Virus record (IMG/VR): IMGVR_UViG_3300027283_000004
Coordinates: 1-38,028 of that record
DNA from: a virus
Lineage: Duplodnaviria > Caudoviricetes
Length of the DNA stretch: 38,028 nt
Direction: 5' to 3' (one strand)
A program made the position numbers and the translations under genes. Below the pieces are notes generated by a model, which was not told the DNA's origin, searched no databases, and was given only the letters and a program-made list of their open reading frames with translations. Within the stretch, counting starts at the first letter, position 1, and each line of letters starts with the position of its first letter. This document shows, piece by piece, positions 35,139 to 38,028 of this stretch.

Positions 35139-35351
35139 TCAGTCCTCCACCGGCACCAGGGCGAGGCGATAGCCCCGCGCCCGCGCCATGTCGCAAGCTG
35201 TCGCAAGCGTTGGGTTGCGCTTGCCCTGCTCAAGCTGACTGACCCGCTGACGAGACACGCCCATGGCGTCGGCAACGGACTGCTGCGTCACCCCGTCAGG
35301 GCGGCGGCAGAGGATTGCCATGATTGCGAACTCGTCACGCGGGCCGCTCAT
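35139..35351 (-). CDS. XRE-family HTH protein
   Basis: GVTQQSVADAMGVSRQRVSQLEQGKRNPTL. Confidence 0.9.
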   Translation of the reverse strand: MSGPRDEFAIMAILCRRPDGVTQQSVADAMGVSRQRVSQLEQGKRNPTLATACDMARARGYRLALVPVED

Positions 35352-35353
35352 GG

Positions 35354-35617
35354 TCAGACCCCGATTGCTTGGCGGTAGAGTTCGAGAAGCTGTTCTTCTT
35401 CTTCGCGCTCGTGGGCCTCTTTCTTGCGCAACCGAATGATTGCCTTCATGGCCTTTGTGTCAAAGCCCTCGCTCTTTGCCTCCTGAAAGACCCCCTTTAT
35501 ATCTTCGGAGATGTCGCCCTTCTCGCTTTCCAGCCGCTCCACCCGCTCGATCATCGAACGCAGTCTGTCGGCAGTGCCTTGATCCATGCTTTCGCTGGGA
35601 ACGGTCGCGCTCATCAT
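35354..35617 (-). CDS. GapR-like (DUF2312/UPF0335) DNA-binding protein
   Basis: [38 protein letters not shown]....R.EEE.LLELY. Confidence 0.92.
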   Translation of the reverse strand: MMSATVPSESMDQGTADRLRSMIERVERLESEKGDISEDIKGVFQEAKSEGFDTKAMKAIIRLRKKEAHEREEEEQLLELYRQAIGV

Positions 35618-36147
35618 TTCACCCTCTTCTTTTCTTCGTAGACCTTGCGGCGGCTGGCTGCGCATGTGCGGCACTGCCTTCCGCCGACCTTGGGTGTGAC
35701 GTAAAGGTTGTCACCGCTGTACGGGTGCCCATGAGGGCAGTGAGTTTTGGACTTTTGCCGATGACCAAGGAGGGCTGGGGCGCGTCCGCGCAGGACGTTC
35801 ACTGATTGCGTCACAGCCTCAAGGTGCTGAGGATTCACGCACAGCTTGTTGCGGCACAGGTGGTCTATGACCAAGCCGGGGCCAATCTTTCGCACGAAGT
35901 TTTCGTAACTCCAGCGGTGCGCAAGGCGGTAGTGTCCACCAAAAGAGAAAAGGCCATATCCAACGTTCGACTTCGTTCCAGACCAAACCCAGCAACCACC
36001 TTCTGAGACTGAAATCTTTTCAATGAACCGATGAACAGGATTTGGAAGATTTCTTCCGTCCCTGCCCGTGTACCCATTCCATGCCTGCGCGGCGTGTGCC
36101 GTGGATACCCGAAGAATTTCAGTGCCGGGGTCCATGCTCTCAGTCAT
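35614..36147 (-). CDS. HNH homing endonuclease
   Basis: GCWVWSG...[35 protein letters not shown]...RQCRTC. Confidence 0.92.
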   Translation of the reverse strand: MTESMDPGTEILRVSTAHAAQAWNGYTGRDGRNLPNPVHRFIEKISVSEGGCWVWSGTKSNVGYGLFSFGGHYRLAHRWSYENFVRKIGPGLVIDHLCRNKLCVNPQHLEAVTQSVNVLRGRAPALLGHRQKSKTHCPHGHPYSGDNLYVTPKVGGRQCRTCAASRRKVYEEKKRVK

Positions 36148-36158
36148 TGGTCAGGTCC

Positions 36159-36377
36159 TTATGCGGTGCGCCAAACCCTGGCGCCGTCTCGTTGTGTCCG
36201 AATGATGAAGGTGTGCCCCGTCACCCGCTGCCAGTTGCCCCGCGAGCCCGACAGGTACTTGGCGGTCACGCCTGTGACGAAGAAGCTGTCACCCACCTCC
36301 ATGGTCCTCCATGGGTACTTGACCGGCCTTCCGCGCTTGGGCTCTGGCACTGGAATGCCCTTCTCAACCGCGTGCAT
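36159..36377 (-). CDS. Small basic DNA-binding protein
   Basis: EKGIPVP...GRPVKYPWRTMEVGDSFFV...GARVWR. Confidence 0.75.
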   Translation of the reverse strand: MHAVEKGIPVPEPKRGRPVKYPWRTMEVGDSFFVTGVTAKYLSGSRGNWQRVTGHTFIIRTQRDGARVWRTA

Positions 36378-36479
36378 AGCTGGCCTGCCCGGTCAGCGGC
36401 TGGTAGTCGTCACAGTCCCAGGCCGGGAGCGCGCGACCAACGCGACGGCTTATGGCGGGCATGGCGCGCTCCTCAGGGG

Positions 36480-36809
36480 TCAGGCCGCGCGGCGCAGGAG
36501 TGGCCTTGGGCCATACCAGCCGGTCAGTCTTGGGGTGCGCTGCTCAATGGCGGCCATGATCTGGTTGTATTCCGCCTCGCTCCAGCGGTCAGTTCCCACC
36601 CGGAAAAAGGTGGCCGGGACCGAAGCTCCGGCCGAGTTTAGGGAGGAAACGCCGTCCAAGCTGGACGTGCCCACGGGGGACCCGGTGACAGCAGCCGAAG
36701 CCGCTGAAGTGGTAGCCTGCGCCGTCCGACCTGCCGAGGCGCTACCCGTGTGGGCGTAGGCGTCATCAGAGGTGGTAGGCGGCGGGCAAAAAAAATCGTG
36801 CTGGTCCAT
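36480..36809 (-). CDS. Hypothetical protein
   Basis: In operon order; low complexity; start uncertain. Confidence 0.4.
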   Translation of the reverse strand: MDQHDFFCPPPTTSDDAYAHTGSASAGRTAQATTSAASAAVTGSPVGTSSLDGVSSLNSAGASVPATFFRVGTDRWSEAEYNQIMAAIEQRTPRLTGWYGPRPLLRRAA

Positions 36810-36811
36810 GG

Positions 36812-37411
36812 TCAGTTCCCCCATCCGGTGCGGGACTTGGCGACGACCCGCTGCACGACGGGCTTGCCACCGCGCATGTCTTTGGCGCGGGCGAAGGCGT
36901 CATCGGTGCTTCCCGCTACGACGGTCACCGCCGCCAGCAAGCCCAGGCAGGCACCAGCTAGCCGGCGCAGGCGATAGCTTGCCGTCCCCTCTATGGGTGC
37001 AACCTGCTCGCCAGCCTCGTGAGCCAGCGAGACAGACTCGCGAGCCGCCGGGCGACCATTGCGCGCAGCGTTCTCGTGGCGGGCGATGCGGGCTTCAAGG
37101 TCGGAAAGCTCCTTATTGGCAAGGGCGATTTCGTGCGTGGCGCGGGTGATGATCTGGAACGGGCTTTCCTGCTCGGTCAGCGGCGCGAACACGTACAGCA
37201 GGAACGCCGCGCCCCACTCGGCAACCATCGCCGTCATCGCCGCTTCACCGGGCCAGGACCGGCCCTCCATGTAGCTGCGGGCCGTCGAAGGTTCGCAGCC
37301 GATGCGGCGGGCAAGGGCCTTCGGGCTGTCGGCATTGGCGCCAAGCCAGCGCACCAACTGCGCTTTGCAGGGATGACCTTCAGCCATCAAATTCTGTGCG
37401 ATTGCAGTCAC
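36812..37411 (-). CDS. CII-like HTH regulator
   Basis: PKALARRIGCEPSTARSYMEGRSWP HTH, then a coiled coil; first visible gene of the early operon. Confidence 0.65.
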   Translation of the reverse strand: MTAIAQNLMAEGHPCKAQLVRWLGANADSPKALARRIGCEPSTARSYMEGRSWPGEAAMTAMVAEWGAAFLLYVFAPLTEQESPFQIITRATHEIALANKELSDLEARIARHENAARNGRPAARESVSLAHEAGEQVAPIEGTASYRLRRLAGACLGLLAAVTVVAGSTDDAFARAKDMRGGKPVVQRVVAKSRTGWGN

Positions 37412-37472
37412 TGTATTCCCCTCTTGGTTGGTGCACTCTCAGGCTGTACAGAGCCGATGGAGCCCTACCGTG

Positions 37473-37643
37473 ATGACCGAGGCCGCAGCCCCTACCCTGT
37501 TCCCCGACCCCGACCGGATTGACCGGGAGCGGCGGCGCCTGCTGCATCTTCTGGACCTCTACCCGGCCGACGAGCGCATCACGCTGTGGTGGGGAATGCT
37601 GGACCGGCTGGACCAGATCGGAGGCGAAGATGCGGCGGCTTGA
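37473..37643 (+). CDS. Hypothetical protein
   Basis: Short ORF with protein-like composition. Confidence 0.35.
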   Translation: MTEAAAPTLFPDPDRIDRERRRLLHLLDLYPADERITLWWGMLDRLDQIGGEDAAA

Positions 37644-37736
37644 ATCTTGCTGGCGGGGGACACGCTCTACTTGCCTATCCCCCGCCGACTCCTATGCTGG
37701 TGGTGCGAACCAAAACCAAACACAGGAGGAACCTTC

Positions 37737-38006
37737 ATGGCGGACAACTTCGATATCGAACTGCGGTCCCTTGAGATTGACGATGACGGCCTCTACGACA
37801 CTTTCGTGGTCACCTTTGCCGTCACCGCTGGGGCCAATCAGTTTGATGTCCCCATCCGCGTTGCGAGATCGAACACCACCGACGTTGATGCTGTTTTGGT
37901 GGCCCGCCACTACTTCAGCGTTGTCGCTGATGCCATGGCGGGCACGTCCAACAAATGGCGCCTTGACGAAGAGCGGCTCGCCGCAGTTACACAGCCGCTC
38001 GCTTAA
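37737..38006 (+). CDS. Hypothetical protein
   Basis: Strong AGGAGG SD before MADNFDIE; lower GC. Confidence 0.7.
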   Translation: MADNFDIELRSLEIDDDGLYDTFVVTFAVTAGANQFDVPIRVARSNTTDVDAVLVARHYFSVVADAMAGTSNKWRLDEERLAAVTQPLA

Positions 38007-38028
38007 GCCCACCGAACCCATCGGCCTT

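Larger units (their letters stand above)
1530..38028 (-). mobile_element. Lambda-like temperate siphovirus prophage (early right operon through lysis); continues beyond right edge
   Basis: Complete colinear set of terminase, portal, capsid, tail, tape measure, lysis and replication genes ending at a tRNA-derived att core. Confidence 0.97.

Overview
The window holds most of a temperate, lambda-like siphovirus prophage. The host is probably an alphaproteobacterium, inferred from the high GC, a GapR/DUF2312 homologue and the tRNA-Met type. Almost all genes are on the minus strand. From right to left: early/regulatory genes (CII-like HTH, HNH, GapR-like, XRE, DUF1064, orphan adenine MTase), a replication initiator with internal iterons, nin-like small genes, a late-regulator candidate followed by a pR'-like promoter and a long structured leader, cos and terminase (Nu1/GpA type), gpW, lambda-type portal, protease-capsid fusion, tail genes, tape measure, tail tip and fibres (RCC1 propeller, collagen fibre), and a holin/SAR endolysin/Rz/Rz1 lysis cassette. 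The phage genes end at a tRNA-Met 3' fragment (att core) facing a tyrosine integrase. The main CI/Cro switch is not visible and probably lies beyond the right edge. Four features stand out. (1) An immI-like island inside the tail operon: three paralogous ribbon-helix-helix genes around a palindromic operator, and two antirepressor-like genes, one of which appears to carry a catalytically dead CI/LexA-type S24 domain. (2) A late protein resembling the RNA polymerase alpha-CTD. (3) A roughly 450-nt densely base-paired late leader RNA. (4) An HNH gene that appears to have taken over the 5' end of the gapR-like gene. All family calls come from motif recognition by eye; no searches were run.
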